From Selaginella moellendorffii (lineage: Eukaryota > Plantae > Lycopodiophyta): DNA of 64,000 bases. Shown here piece by piece: positions 9,757-22,733 of the stretch. Location of the stretch: positions 333,438 to 397,437 of the forward strand of contig NW_003314347.1 in assembly GCF_000143415.4 (NCBI RefSeq). Direction: 5' to 3'. Made by a program: the position numbers and the translations under genes. Under the pieces are notes generated by a model. That model did no database searches. It was not told the origin of the DNA and worked only from the letters and a program-made list of their open reading frames with translations. Every line of letters starts with the position of its first letter. The stretch's first letter is position 1.

Positions 9757-10710
9757 ATGGCGGACTATCACTTTGTCTTCAAGGACCCGCAAGGCCCTAG
9801 CACCGAATGGGACGACATCCAAAGGAAGCTCGGCAATCTCCCGCCCAAGCCGCCCGTGGAGAAGCCAGCGCCATGGCAGCCAGCGCCCGATCCCGGTAAG
9901 AGCAAGCAGTGGATCGATTCCAAGAGCGAGGAGGAGCTCCAGGAGCTCCAGGACGATCTGGATCTCGACGAGGATTCCAGATTTCTCGAGGAATACCGGT
10001 GAGTGGTAAGGGATTGTTTAGCCGAGCATTTATATAGTTTTTTGATCTATTACATTGCTCAGGACTTGGAAATTTCTTCTCACAGGAAGAAGAGATTGCT
10101 GGAGCTTAGCGAGGTTTCCAAGAGCGCGAAATTCGGTTCCTTGATCCACATCACTGGCTCGGACTTCATCCGAGAGGTTTCTCGTGCTCCTCCGGACGTG
10201 TGGGTCGTCGTGCATCTCTACAAAGACGGGTAATGACAGTTTCTCGAGGTTTCTTGCAAGAAATCCTTGTTCTTTGTCCTGCAGTGTTCCCGAGTGCCAG
10301 CTCTTGGGCCAATGCTTGGAAGAGCTCGCGAAAAAATATCCCGCCACGAAGTTCGTGAAGATCATCTCCACGGATTGCATAAACAACTACCCCGACTTCA
10401 ACTTACCGACAGTGCTTGTTTACAACAATACCAACGTGAAGGCGACGCTGGTTGGATTGCATCACTTTGGTGGCAAGCGTTGCACACCCGAAGGTTAGAT
10501 TTCCATCCTCTTGCTTAGTTTTCTCTCAGCAATCTTTCGTTGTTGCTAAGACCGAGTTTTGCAGACGTTGCTTTCACCCTGTGCCAAGTTGGGCCTGTTC
10601 TTGGAGAAGGCAGCAGCTCGGAGGCCATCCAGCAAAAGGTCCGGAGGGACTTTATCGAGAAAATTATTTCTAGACACGAGCAGGACAAGTCAGACTCGGA
10701 AGACGATTGA
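9757..10710 (+). CDS. Phosducin-like protein (PDCL3/PhLP2 group), 4 exons
   Basis: STEWDDIQRKLGNLP, FLEEYR|KKRLLEL, VWVVVHLYKD, LAKKYPATKFVKIISTDCI.NYPD.NLPT, and an acidic C-terminus ending at TGA 10708-10710. Confidence 0.92.
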
Positions 10711-10899
10711 TTCCATCGCCACAGAAGGGAAGCTTTTGTCTCCTTTTTCCTTTATCTCCCTCCTGCTGTTCCAGGAAAGCAAATCAATCTCTTTTCAAAG
10801 TCATTCATGGTACAAGGAAAATGGCTTCTTTTTTTTTACAGGTTGCTTGCGAGCTGTCTGTGAATCCTGTTAAACAATCTCCTAGCTATCCAGTCGCTT

Positions 10900-12417
10900 C
10901 TACAATAGCTGACGCTCGCCTTTAACGTACACCACGATGCTGTCATAAGTTTCCATCGTGTATGGACACTCGGCATAGCATCTGCGAAACATAAAATAAC
11001 TTCCAGCTTGTAAGAACTCGCGAAACCAGACAAACTTACCTCAACTCGTGCCAAAACGTGGATGCGTTGCTACCGAGAAACCTCTCGAGCTGCGAAACGG
11101 CCTCGGACGAGCTCTGGCTCGAGCTCTTCCTCGGACCTTCGGGAGGATCATCCGACCCTTCTATCGCGTCGATTCTGTAAGAAAACCAGTGGCTGAGAAC
11201 CAGTTGCTCTAACACGGAGTGATCTGTGTCCCCCAGGATGGCTTTCAGCTCTCGTGTGATCCAGGGTCTCAAACGACGCTCGGCTCTCGTCTTTGCGTCG
11301 AGATCATACGGCCTTAACTGCGAATAGAAACACCAACGAGTCAACAAACTGTCCTGAGAGAAAGTTTCAAAGCCAGTCACACACGAAACTTACTTCCATA
11401 CGCTTCTTCACATTCAACGGAACGGCTCGAAGACCCTTCCTGTATATGCTGCAAGCAACACGCGGAAAGTGTCAACCAAGAACAAAAAAAAAGAAGAAAA
11501 ACACACACCCACACAAACAGACCTTGTACGCCACGAAAGAGCTCTTTCTGTAAGAACTTCAGCAGTGAGCCTCTCCCTCTCAGCGGGGGATATGAAACAT
11601 CTTTGCCGGGGCAAAGGGATTGATCTCCGGTACGATCTGCTGACCCTCGACTGCATGAGTTGTTGCAACCGCAATCTGGATCGAAATGTCATAGTGCTCC
11701 TGACAACTTCTCTGGAAACAAGAGAAAGAAGTCTAGTGTAGCTAAAGTCACGCCAAACTCTGGAAAAAAAAAGTTTTCTTACCTCTCCAGCCTTGCTTGG
11801 TTCCTACTCGTGCTCGTCCGCCTCTCGGGAAGCACGCTGGAGGGCCTCCCATCCGTGGACAGCCGATAGTCCGATGTAGAAATTCGAAAGTCGCTCAAGG
11901 ACAACCTGTAATCCTCGGCTGTGGAGAGCCTGTAGTCCAAAGAAGGCCTGTAGTCGAGCGGCGGCAAAATCCTCTCGACCCGCTTCTGCCCCTTGATGGT
12001 GTGGTACCAACCTGTGAACTCGGCCTTGCAAAGCGGGCACGACCTGCGAACTTTGCTCCACTCCTCGATGCAGCCGACGCAGAAGCTGTGCATGCACCAC
12101 CACAGCGACGCGTTCTTCGACTCCTCAATCGCCCCGAGACAGATCGGACAGACGTGCTCTGCCTCGGCCCCCTTTTCCTCGTCCTCGCGATGCATTGGCA
12201 ACCGAGAAGGTTGCCTCAGCTCGAACGTTATCTCGTGCTGCTGATGCTGCTGTGAACAAGCCCGTGCAAGCCCAGGCATGATGGCTCCACCGTGCTGTGA
12301 GCTGATAGACGTCTCGGCGGGGCGAAAGCTCCAAACTTGAAGTGAAGGGAGCCACACAAAGTTCCCGCTACTGCTGGTGGTGGCGGTGTTGGAGTTGGAT
12401 CTCTCGACGGGGTTCAT
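10900..12417 (-). CDS. RING-HC E3 ubiquitin ligase, Topors-like
   Basis: RING motif CPICLG..CMHSFCVGCIEEWSKVRRSCPLCK. Later exons give LRPWITREL.AIL, FLGSNASTFWHELR and CYAECPYTMETYD before the stop at 10900. Internal exon limits are approximate. Confidence 0.85.
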
Positions 12418-14179
12418 CAACTCGGGGAGGTCTTGCGAGGCTGTGTTTTCAGTTGCTGTCGGAAGGAATCCTGCTTATCCTGCCAGAAGCGTCTGCACAT
12501 CCCAACAAGGCACCTATCAATCGCAACGCAAATGCACTTACGAGTTGCAACATGACAAACGTAGAGGAACATAATGCCGAACAAACAGTAAAGGCCAGAC
12601 AAGAACTACAGCCAAGCCAAACTCAAAAGCCAAAAAGGAAGGGAACCCAGGGACGATTTGGCTGCTCGACCGAAAAACAGGAGCGGATGCATCACAGCAA
12701 CTGGGTAACCACTCTTCGATCGAACTTCTGAGCCGCATCCAGCCATCGAAAGAGATAGACGGATTGGAATATGATGCAAGAAGGGGGGGACAGACCAAGC
12801 CCAGCAAAAGTGGTGTGGTGCTTTCAGTTCAAATAGCATTCAATGCTTCCATAAAAGCTGTGCTAGTATAGCAATTCGCGTTTTTTTCTTTCTTTCCTGG
12901 CTTCCATAACCACTCAAGCTGGAAGCAAGGACCGACTTTGAGACAAACCAGTCCCATCTTCCACTCACAGGAGAAAAGAAAAGCAACAGATCAAAGCAAG
13001 AAAACCAAGAGATCAAACCAAACACACGAGTTTTTCGCTCTAGATCCAAAGCAAAGAGGCCAGACGGGATGGATGGACTGACCACACTCGGCCAAATTCG
13101 CAGTTCAAACATGGAAAGCATAAGGATGAGGCACGCATTTAATGACTTACCAAATTCTTCGCTCCGAGCTAGCTCTTTCAAACCAATGAACCACCTGTTG
13201 CCAGTTCCTGCGAAGATTCCAATTCCCTCCTCGCTTTGGATCAAGAAAGAAAACCCCATTAGATCAAAATCCAAGAGAACGCGAGAGAATTTCTTAGAGG
13301 CTAAGCTAACCTGTGCTTGCTGCTTAATCCATCGCGGCGCCGGACTGGAATGCTCGACAATGTGAATCGCGGCGGCAGCACGGCGGATCGCGGCTTAAAT
13401 ACCCCCCCTTCTTGCTCCAAGACAAGAATTAGGGTTCTGGGCTACACGCCGCCATAGCCGTGGACCTCTGGAAAAAAGGGGGGAAAAGGGCGAGCCCACA
13501 AAATCCACGCTGGAGGAACCGGCGCCAACATGGCAGGATGTCAGCGGTCAGATGGATGGGACGGTTTTGGGTCGCAGGCCACGCGGCGCCAGCTAATCGT
13601 GACAGGTGTTCTCCCTGGCATCTTCACCGTATCTTCTTGTCGTTAATATCTCCCATGATCACAGTGATATTTGCCGATCAAACAAAAACCATGGCCTCGA
13701 TAGATCCTTTGAGCGAAGTGCTTTTGTCAAAACTTCGTTGGCTGGGCGATTAAATTCTATTAATCTCGGTCGTCCAATCCATTTCGGACCACGAGGAATA
13801 ATTCCGACACGTGTAGCGAGTATTTTAATCGAGAGCACCGCAACACCGAAAGTTCGAAAAAATTTATACTACTATCAGCGAGCTTTGGAAGAATGAGAAA
13901 TATTTTTTCACATTCTTCTATACTATGATGTGATAAGCATGTGAAGTGAAGAGTGTATCACACTTCTCTTTCGGAGATTGCCTTTACAGTGTGTACTGAC
14001 CGACCAGTCACTGCAAAGCCCATGTCACCTAAATCAAACACAGTGAGATTTAAAGGTTAGTTAACTTTCATCTTGCGTTAAGATTCACTCAGCTTGTTCT
14101 TCACAGGAAAAAAAAAGGCAAAGCAAAACGAAAGCTCCGGCCATTGCCAAGGCCGTGCAAAACCTTTCTGGAGATTACT

Positions 14180-15849
14180 TTACTTTCTAGTGCTGTTGGG
14201 AGCGCGTGGCTTGGATTTGATTTCGGCCTCCTGCACAAACAATCACTCAAGTGAGAAAAATTCCTTGAAAGCGATGTAAAACACAGCTCCTACCAGTATT
14301 GGATGCAGTAGGATATAATTGTTTGATCCCGGGACGTGATTCTCAGCACCCCTGCTCCAGTCATAGCTCACCTGTGCATAGAATGGACAGATGAATAAAA
14401 CTGGAAAGGAAAAGTGAACAAACAAACACTCACGGCATACGCAAAGATAGTGCCATCGTAGTTGAAAGTGCTACAAGGAATTGGTAGGCTGCACCTCTGA
14501 AACGCCTGTGGAGAAAAAGAGAGATAACGCACCGAAACACACCAACAAAGAAGAGTGAAAATTCTACCTTGAGCCTCTGCTTGCTGTCCTTGTCCCAGAA
14601 GTTAAAAGCACCATCAGAGCCTGATGTAGCGAATGTTCCAAACACCTGCGCATAAAGGCCAGTTAACACAGCTTCAAAGGAAGAGATTGACTCACGGGAT
14701 GAAAATTGATCGCATTCACTGAAAACACGTCGTTCGCTTCCCTGTGGCACTTGAATGTGAAGTTCTTCGATTGCTGCGCGTCGTCAATGTGCTGGATGGC
14801 TACTCTGCCTTCGATAGAGCCCACCTGTTTTGGAAGCGAGATTTACGAAACTACATCACCACTGTGCTTAGACAGCTTACCAGAAAACCTTGTTTGTCAG
14901 GAAAGGTTGAGACACAGCGCGTCATGAACTTTAAAGGCGATTGAATTCTCTTGAATTCTTGCTGCGCAGGAAGAACAAACAAGTTAAAAAGAAAGACCCG
15001 TGTAAAAAAAAAGCTTACTCGAGGATTGGTGAGATTGAAGATGCTAATATTTCTGTCCGCTGTTGCGACAACCATCAGGGGATAGCGGACGCTCATCGAG
15101 TGACATTTCTCGGGAAGTTGCTGGGTGTGAGCAGGAGACTGAGATCGTAAATCCCAATACCTGCGAGAACATTAGAACCTTCACATTCCTCGAGGAGAAA
15201 AAGGAAAAAAAAAACGAGAGAGATGACCATACTTGAGAGTTTTATCCCAGCTCCCTGTAACAAGGAAGTTCATCTCTGGAATCCACGATATCTCTTTCAC
15301 AGGCGCATCATGCATTCCCACCGTTACTGACTGGTTTCCGGATGAAAGAGGCCACATCTTGACCTGTTTATCGCATCCTCCTGAGAAGACAGTCGTGCCA
15401 TCATCCTTCCAAGCCGAGCACAATACCTGAGAAAAAAGCGAAAAGAAAGCTTAGCTCTCGAGCCAAGGAAATATCCAATCTTGAAAAACTTAGAACAAGT
15501 CTAGATCCTTTTTTTTCGAGCATGTAAAAGACTTACTGGTTGATCATGCTGCGTGGCTGCCTTTGCAACACTGGTTCCATTCGGCTGGATTTCCCAGCAT
15601 CGCACCTGGTAGAAAAGCGGGTCACAAAACTTGTAGAGGAAGCAATCTCACAAACCTGATTGTCCCAGGATGTGGCGATGAGATGGTTCGCTTTGGGGCT
15701 AAACGAGAGGCTGGAGATGCCGTCTGTCGGCCGCTCTGCGATCTGACACACCCGTAAGCGAGATTCTTGCGCGAGATTGATGCGCGTACCTCGAAAGATT
15801 TGTTCGGATTGTGAGACGGAGCGTTCTGTGTGACGCCGAAAGTCGCCAT
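14180..15849 (-). CDS. RAE1: mRNA export factor RAE1 (WD40)
   Basis: NPNKSFEV, DGISSLSFSPKANHLIATSWDNQVRCWEI, AWKDDGTTVFSGGCDKQVKMW, TGSWDKTLKYWD, TFATSGSDGAFNFWDKDSKQRLK, SYDWSRGAENH. Multi-exon. Confidence 0.95.
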
Positions 15850-15977
15850 AGCGAAGCGATGCTATTAGGGTTCTTCGTCCATCAAAGCCCTCTGTAAATA
15901 AAGGCACGCAAAAACTTTTCCCGCTCGAAAGTTTAGGGTTTTGATCCAGCTACACTCGGAATTTCTAGGGTCGCCAA

Positions 15978-18425
15978 ATGGCCGATTTGTTCCCTCGATC
16001 TTGCGCATTCTATGGCCGATCGCAGCTTCTTCTTGACAGCGGCTTCACGAAGATCTCCATGGCGCTCAAGAGTCCGAGCGCTTCTCTGGCTGCCGCGATC
16101 TGTGTGGAGATTTCTCAGCTGCTCGGAGAGAATGAATGCGCGGCATTCTCTCTCGATGACCAGAACATCACGGTTGTTTTCGAGGTAAGAAATCCATGAA
16201 TATATCAGTGACATCGATCGATTTCTTGCTCTTTCCCAGGGCAGTAAGCATAAGAAATTTGCGTCTCGTCTCGGGCGTGAACGCGTGAAGCTAGAGCACC
16301 AACAGGTACATGGATTTAAGAATCTATACCTGTTGAGATTGCTGTGTTGCTCAATCTGGGATTTGTAGAACTTATATCTTGTGAAACTCTCGCAGATGAT
16401 GCTCGAGCTTGATGGCGAAGAAGTCTCTAGTGGCTTACTTCTGCAAGAGGCTGTTCGTCACTCACTGGTCTCTTCATTGGTTAGAAAAGGATGGACGTTT
16501 TTGCGAGGAGGCTCTCTTGTATTTGGTACTATTCAGGAAGGACTGCCACTGGAAACTGTGTCTGTGGTAAGATATCCTTTACGAATTGGCACTGCTAAGT
16601 TTTTCTTTCTCCTGGACCAGGATGTACATCTCGAATCTAATGGCCATATAGTTTTGCTCCTGTCACCAGACGTGACGAGTATTCATTTCGCTAAGGTATG
16701 CATGCAATCATGCTTCTCTCAACTTCATTGGATGTTCTAATCTTTTAGTGGCGCGTTAACACAGATAGTGGAAGGCATGCCAGAGGCCTATAAGAAGCGA
16801 TTCGAGCAAGAAGAGTTTGTTTCGATAGAAGAGTATTGTCTGCAAGATGACGAGAGAACTATCAACGAGTTTGAGTGCTGCGTTCTTCCATATATGAGGA
16901 ACGGCTATGCTGTGGGTGAGTGAATATGCGCTCTTTTGAAGGCTAAGACTCTTGTGCCTCCAGGACTTTGCAAAACAATGCGTGGTCTAAACGATGACGA
17001 CGACATGGAGCTCCGCAAGCAATTGTGGAAGAAGCAGGTCCTTTTTACTACTTGGACAAATATATGCCTGTATCAACATAGCAAAAGCTTCTTCAGAATG
17101 GACTTCAATTTACAGGAGACTGCTACTATGTCAAAATATGCTTCTCACTGGACTCAGGCGAGTTTTCATGGTAATTGACAGGCATAACATGTACACTCTG
17201 ATAGCTCGTACTCAACGTGCAGGTTTCCATCGTCCCTGGTGATGAAAAAATCTGGTTTCTTTCCTGTAGTGCCATCGCTCAGATGCTCTCTAATGCTACG
17301 TGTTTTGCAGCACTTTTTTAGTGATGCTGCAGGTGAGACTCTGTGGCTGTTTGTCATTGTGAGATTCTCACAGAGTGTGCTTGTTGTCAGCGTGGGATTT
17401 CTTTTGTTCTGGGAGAATCGATTTTAAGGTATGTCTGCAATATTTATGCTCGAGTTTCTTAGCTGTTTACTAGGAGCTTGAAATCGACAGTAACTCCTCG
17501 CTGCCATGGACAAGAGCCGCGAGTTTGCCAGATACGCCACGGATTTCCTTGAATGGCATGAAGACTGCATCCATTTCTGCCTTGCAACCGGATAATTTAC
17601 TCAGTAAGCTCCTCCTTTACTTTACCGGTGAATAATCTGCCTTTCTATTACAGAGTCCCTCCGTGCTAGAGTAACCACTGAAGTAGGAAAGCCAGCAGCT
17701 AAAGTTTCACAGGCATCATGTGAAAGTATGTTCCACCTTGCCTTGCTGCTGTGCTAACGTTCTCGAGCAAATTGAAGCTGCTAGGCCAGTGACGAGGACG
17801 CTTCTAGTTCCAAACTTGAAAAGAGGTACTCACTTGGCTAACCTGGTTGATGACCAGTGTTGTTTCAGGTCATTCAACAGTGAACAAGGCTCAGACAGTG
17901 AGTTTCTTATTTTATTTCGTTAGTCGCTCAATGCAACCTCTGCCGACAGGAGACGAAGAAAGAATCAAGCATGAAAAACAGGCCTCTCGACTTTAAGGCT
18001 CCTGCGAATGTTCAAGACAGCCAAACAGATTCTCAGCAAGCGGCAACGAAGAAAAGAACAACTGAGGCGACTTTCTCAAGAATCAAGCCTGCAGAGGTGA
18101 GTGCGTCTTTTCGTTCTTTCTTTCTGAATTGTGCTCTTACTTGGTTTTGTTTTTGAGAAGAACACCAAGAAAGTTCATGCCGCAGCCGTCGAGAAGAAGA
18201 AGAAACCTGAGAACGAAACCAACGACGCTCTGGTACACAATCTGATTGGTTTTCGTTGAGCTTGTTTACGATTCGATTTCTTTACAGGTGACGAAGAAAA
18301 ACGCTGAGGGAAAACTCAAGGACCTGAGCGTGGCTGAGATGAAGAACTTCCTTCGATCTAGAAAGGCCAAACTTAGCGGGAAGAAAGAAGAGCTCATTGC
18401 CAGGATCCAGGAAGTACTCGGATGA
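15978..18425 (+). CDS. DUF4708 (C18orf63-like) protein with C-terminal SAP domain
   Basis: Many short exons. The spliced N-terminal part reads LQEAVRHSL..GWTF, CCVLPYMRNGYAVGL, LWKKQNGLQF, YYVKICF, WFPSSLV, which resembles the DUF4708 pattern as I recall it. The terminal exon LKDLSVAEMKNFLRSRKAKLSGKKEELIARIQEVL is a Ku70-type SAP motif. Confidence 0.65.
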
Positions 18426-18527
18426 CGGTGAGCCACTCTTTTATTTCATGATCTAAAAGATTGTGTGCAGTGTTTCAATAATCAAAGTTGGCAGTCAAGC
18501 TGGTCACAAAACTCAATTTCTCTAAAT

Positions 18528-18972
18528 CTAAATCACCTGTCCTGCATTCTCGTTGTCACCACCATCTCCGTTTTCACCGCCACCATCTTTCGCCTTCACA
18601 CCGCCATCCCCGCAAAGCTTCTCCATTGCAGCGATGGCATCGCCTTCATCGACAGTCGCAAATCCTGCCTCTGCTACTTCACCAATCTCTCCATTGGCAA
18701 TCGCTGGAGCCGATTGATTCGCCGCCACGCTTGAGCTTCCATCCGCCTTGAAAACGCTGATCCTCACCCCACTTTTGTTGAGCACCTCCAGGACGCACGC
18801 ATCGTCGAGCTCCAGGTTGTGGAACTGTGCAACTTTGTTCCAGCCGCCACTGAAAGCTCGGTTTGCCGCGAGCCACTTGACATCCCACGGCTCTTTCACC
18901 GCGTTGCTCTCCACAGTCAGCATCTTGTTCTCGTGCGGGAGCTTCTCCGCAAAATCCTTTGGAATGGTCTGT

Positions 18973-19010
<38 letters not shown>

Positions 19011-19988
19011 TCAGGATCACATACAAAATGGTAAGAACAAGGCAAAGATCTCTTACCAAGTAATAACATGGATGTAAGCAACTCTTCTTCATGACGATGG
19101 CGGTGCTTGGATTGGTGCTTGGAATGGTAGCCTTGAACGCCTCGGCTCGAAGGAGCGCCGGAGAGTCACAAGGAACATCCTGATTCTTCTTCTTCTTCTT
19201 TCCACTGCTCTTGGCGGTGGGCTCCTTGTTCTTCTCGCTGGATGAATCCATCTTGGAGACTTCCTCTTGCTTCCTCGAGGGAGGAGGCGTCTTCCTCGTC
19301 CTCTTTGGAGAATCGATCTTGGCCTTCTTTGGGGCAGGCGAGTCATCTTTGGCATCTGGAGATGGTGCTTTCGCTACTGGAGCTGAGGACCTCGTCATCC
19401 TGGAAGATCGCGGAAGAGCATCGCTAGCTTTGGCGGCAGAGACTAGAGGAGTGAAAGGCTCCCCTGCTGGATCCTCTGGCGGGATCTTGGTGACGACGAA
19501 CTTCAAGCTGGAGCCGTCCTCCAGATGCACCAAGCAATCCTTGACGACCACTTCCATCGCCGCTGGCAAATCGTCCCTGGATCGCTTAAGCGCCGAGGAA
19601 GAGGAAACGCTCTTATTGGCGGGAGCTCCCACGCCTCCTTCCTTGGGCGATCCATCGCTGCCGAAGATCTCCAGGGCGAAGCGCCCGGCCGATTGATGAC
19701 GGAAGACAAGGCAGTCGCCCTCGTTGAGCGCATTCCCGAGCCAAAACTCCTTCCAGCCCGTGGTGAAGGATCCGGAGCTTGCGTCGACTTGCCAGTCCCG
19801 GCCGCCATGCGCCAGAGCCACGGTGCCGCGGAAAGCTTCGTTGCGGTGCTTCTCATAGACTGGCCCGGGGATCGCCTGGAAACAGCAAACAAAACAGAGA
19901 TTTCATACAATGTGGGGTGCGAAGAGGAAGAGGAAGGCAGTACCATGGCAGCCATGTCCGAGCTCGTCACGGTCTTGGCGAAGGACAT
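18528..19988 (-). CDS. B3-domain transcription factor (REM-like, two B3 domains)
   Basis: B3 #1: FAKTVTSSD..|AIPGP..WQV..FTTGWKEFWLGNALNEGDCLVF. B3 #2: |TIPKDFAEKL..WDVKW..FSGGWNKVAQFHNLELDDACVLEV. A basic linker separates them. Two short introns. Confidence 0.88.
18977..19004. repeat. (AG)n microsatellite in B3-gene intron
   Basis: Perfect AG run. Confidence 0.9.
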
Positions 19989-21015
19989 CTTCTTTCTTGG
20001 GAGAAGTCGGAGCCTCGCAAAAATCCCTCCCAGGAGCCCTAAACGAAGCAGCTAATTTAAATTGTGAAATTAGTTTTAGGGTATTCAGTTTCCCTTTTTT
20101 GATATTCTTTATTTGAATTCTACAAAAAAGAGTCTGGACCTGGTGTTGGCATTTTTTACATACTTGAAAAAGGTTTGAAATTTTATTAGCTGGTAAAAGA
20201 TGACACAAAGTAAACATGTAGTAAATGGGATATTTTCCTCACTCACCCAAGGTCGGTGCTAGAATAATTTATTGAAACAGTCCTTAGAGTTCATAATGTT
20301 GAAATATAAATAATGATGTTTTGCTCACCTAAACTTTTGTTAAAAATAAATGTGTTGAAAGTAAATTTATAAAGTTTATTAAGTGTTTCAAATTGGTTAT
20401 TTAATGTTCATGCATTGTTAACTCTAAAAACCATTTGATATTATTTGCCAAGCAGTGTATATTTGAAATCCGTAACCAAGTAGTGTAGATTAATCAAAAA
20501 ATTATAACAATGCGATTATAACAATGTTAGAAAAATAATGATTGTAAAGAGTTGTTAAAACCCAAGTTAAATTGCTAAACAATTGAACTATAAAAAAGAA
20601 AGTATAAATTAAGGGATTGGTATTCACACATATATTTTAATAAAATGCTCTAAAATTCATTGATTGTGTGAAAGTGTGTCATGAACAAAGAATCAAAATA
20701 TCTACAAATATAAAATGTGAAAATTATATAAGAGATAATTATTCTATCAATGATAAATAAATAAAATAAAATAAAAATTACCAAACTGGAGCAAAGAAGT
20801 AGCATTGATACTTGATTATTCTTTTTCTTACTATATGAAATTGAGAAAAAATAAACTTTTCCATCAAAAGAAATCAGAAAAAAGATGATTCCCAAATGAG
20901 TATCAAATAAACCTCTCATTCTCACTGAAATATTACAAGGCAAGCACACCTGTGCAACTCCTCTGGCGCTCTATTTAGGCGCAAACTTACATTACTTCCA
21001 TAAGAGAGAGACCTC

Positions 21016-22733
21016 CTATCTATTGAACAGAGTGTCTTCTAACTTTCTTCTTTTTGATGGTCGCTCGACCTGCTGCTCGTTAGCAGGGACAACCATCAGC
21101 TGCTGCTGCAGATGCTTCACCCAGGGAGAAGATGGAGGGAGCATCGCCTTATGAGTGTGTAACCAAGCGAGAAATGGCCTTATGCTAAAATCTGCCCTTG
21201 TGTACAATGCCCACTCTGGAGTCGGAAGATCTTGCAACACAAATTTTAGATACTGATCCACGAAGGCTGGATTATCTGTGGACGTTCCACAGTTTTGGTT
21301 GATGTCTAAGGCCCCAGCATGAGCTGCTACGAAATAACCTGGACTTTCCATGGGTGAAATGGCACCCCCTGAAACACCTGTTTGTAAACAGCATAAATTT
21401 GAGATTTCAGAAAAGTAATGTAGCTAAAACTACCAACCTGGTACGGTGGGACAAGTATGACCGACAAAGCATGATGTAAGTGCTTCAGCAAATCCAGCAG
21501 AAACACATTGAGCCCCATCCGGTATTCCTCGCAGAACGGTTTGAAATTGTTCAAGAAGCCATTTCTTAGCTGTTTCTTCAGCACGCTTTAGATCACCCTA
21601 TAAATCCAATAAAATCCAGGTTAAAAGCCAAATTTCATTAATGAGATTTAAGTACCTCGTATTGTGACGTCCACTCCTGAATATTGTCCCACAGGACTCG
21701 CCAATAGACACTCCAAAGCCCACCATTTTCTGGATTAGCACTCTGTTTTAACTCTCGCGTTGCTCGTCTTAAGTAGCCAACAGCATCAGGGTACCCAAAT
21801 ACCGTGAGAGGCAAGTCCTTTTGTGGCGAAGAAGGTAAAAGAAAGCATGGTAGAGTCGTTCCCTCCACCTACAAAACAAATGTTTTAGTAAATTGAAATC
21901 AAAAGAAGCACCCCTTACTTTAAGAAGCGCTATGTCAGATCCAAGTTCAGGGCACTCCTTCCTGGTACTGTAAACAGAGGTGGCATTTCCTTGAACTGTG
22001 CAGCGAAAACCAAATTCACGAACTTTTTGAATGGGCACAAATTCCCCTGTTCAGAAACCTCAGTTAAGTTATGGTATCCAATCTGGTGGTGGTGTACTTA
22101 CCTGCATAAACTAGCACCTCCTTCAATTGCCACTTCATGGTTTTCCCATCTTTAAAAGTGACCAAAGAAAGCATATGGCCTGCTGTTAGAAGCATATGCT
22201 GTGAAACTGCAAAAGCAGTGCCGTTCGTGGTTTCCTCGTCCCCTAAACCTCAAATTTAGAATAGAGAAACATAAAAAATTAAACCACTCACCAGTGTGAT
22301 TTTGAAAGATTGAAAGAACTCTGTGTGTACTTTTCATGTTTTCAATCCCAACGTATACTTGTTGCTTCATCCTTGTAGTGGGACTGCAATCAGGACTTAA
22401 AGGGATATGTTTTGGGAGCTCTCCTTGAGCAGGAGAAAAAGCGTACATGTGCCCGGTTTGCCAATCACAAGCATAAAAACGAGAGAATTTGCTTGGATAG
22501 TGAGAATCTTTGCTGATTATAAGTCTCTCTGGATAAAGATCAGAAATTAACCACTCAGGACGGTCACGGTTAATAACAGCAGCTACTATTGTGTTGCCTT
22601 CCGGATCATTAGTCTGTGGAACTTCATCATCCAGATCCTCAACATCCCCAACATCATCTTCTTGTGTGCCCACATCCACATCTGCATTGTCTAGTGTGAG
22701 TCCACCACAACGGGCTGTTCTCCAGAGGTTCAT
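21016..22733 (-). CDS. Trypsin-like (PA clan) serine protease with C-terminal NLS-like motif
   Basis: Exons 22733-22292, 22242-22102, 22046-21919, 21868-21656, 21597-21438 and 21377-21016, joined in frame by GT-AG introns. Catalytic triad motifs: GTAFAV....LLTAGH (His), SDIALLK (Asp) and HTCPTVPGVSGGAI (Ser), with VFGYP between them. Ends PSKRRKLEDTLFNR. The true start may lie upstream. Confidence 0.8.
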
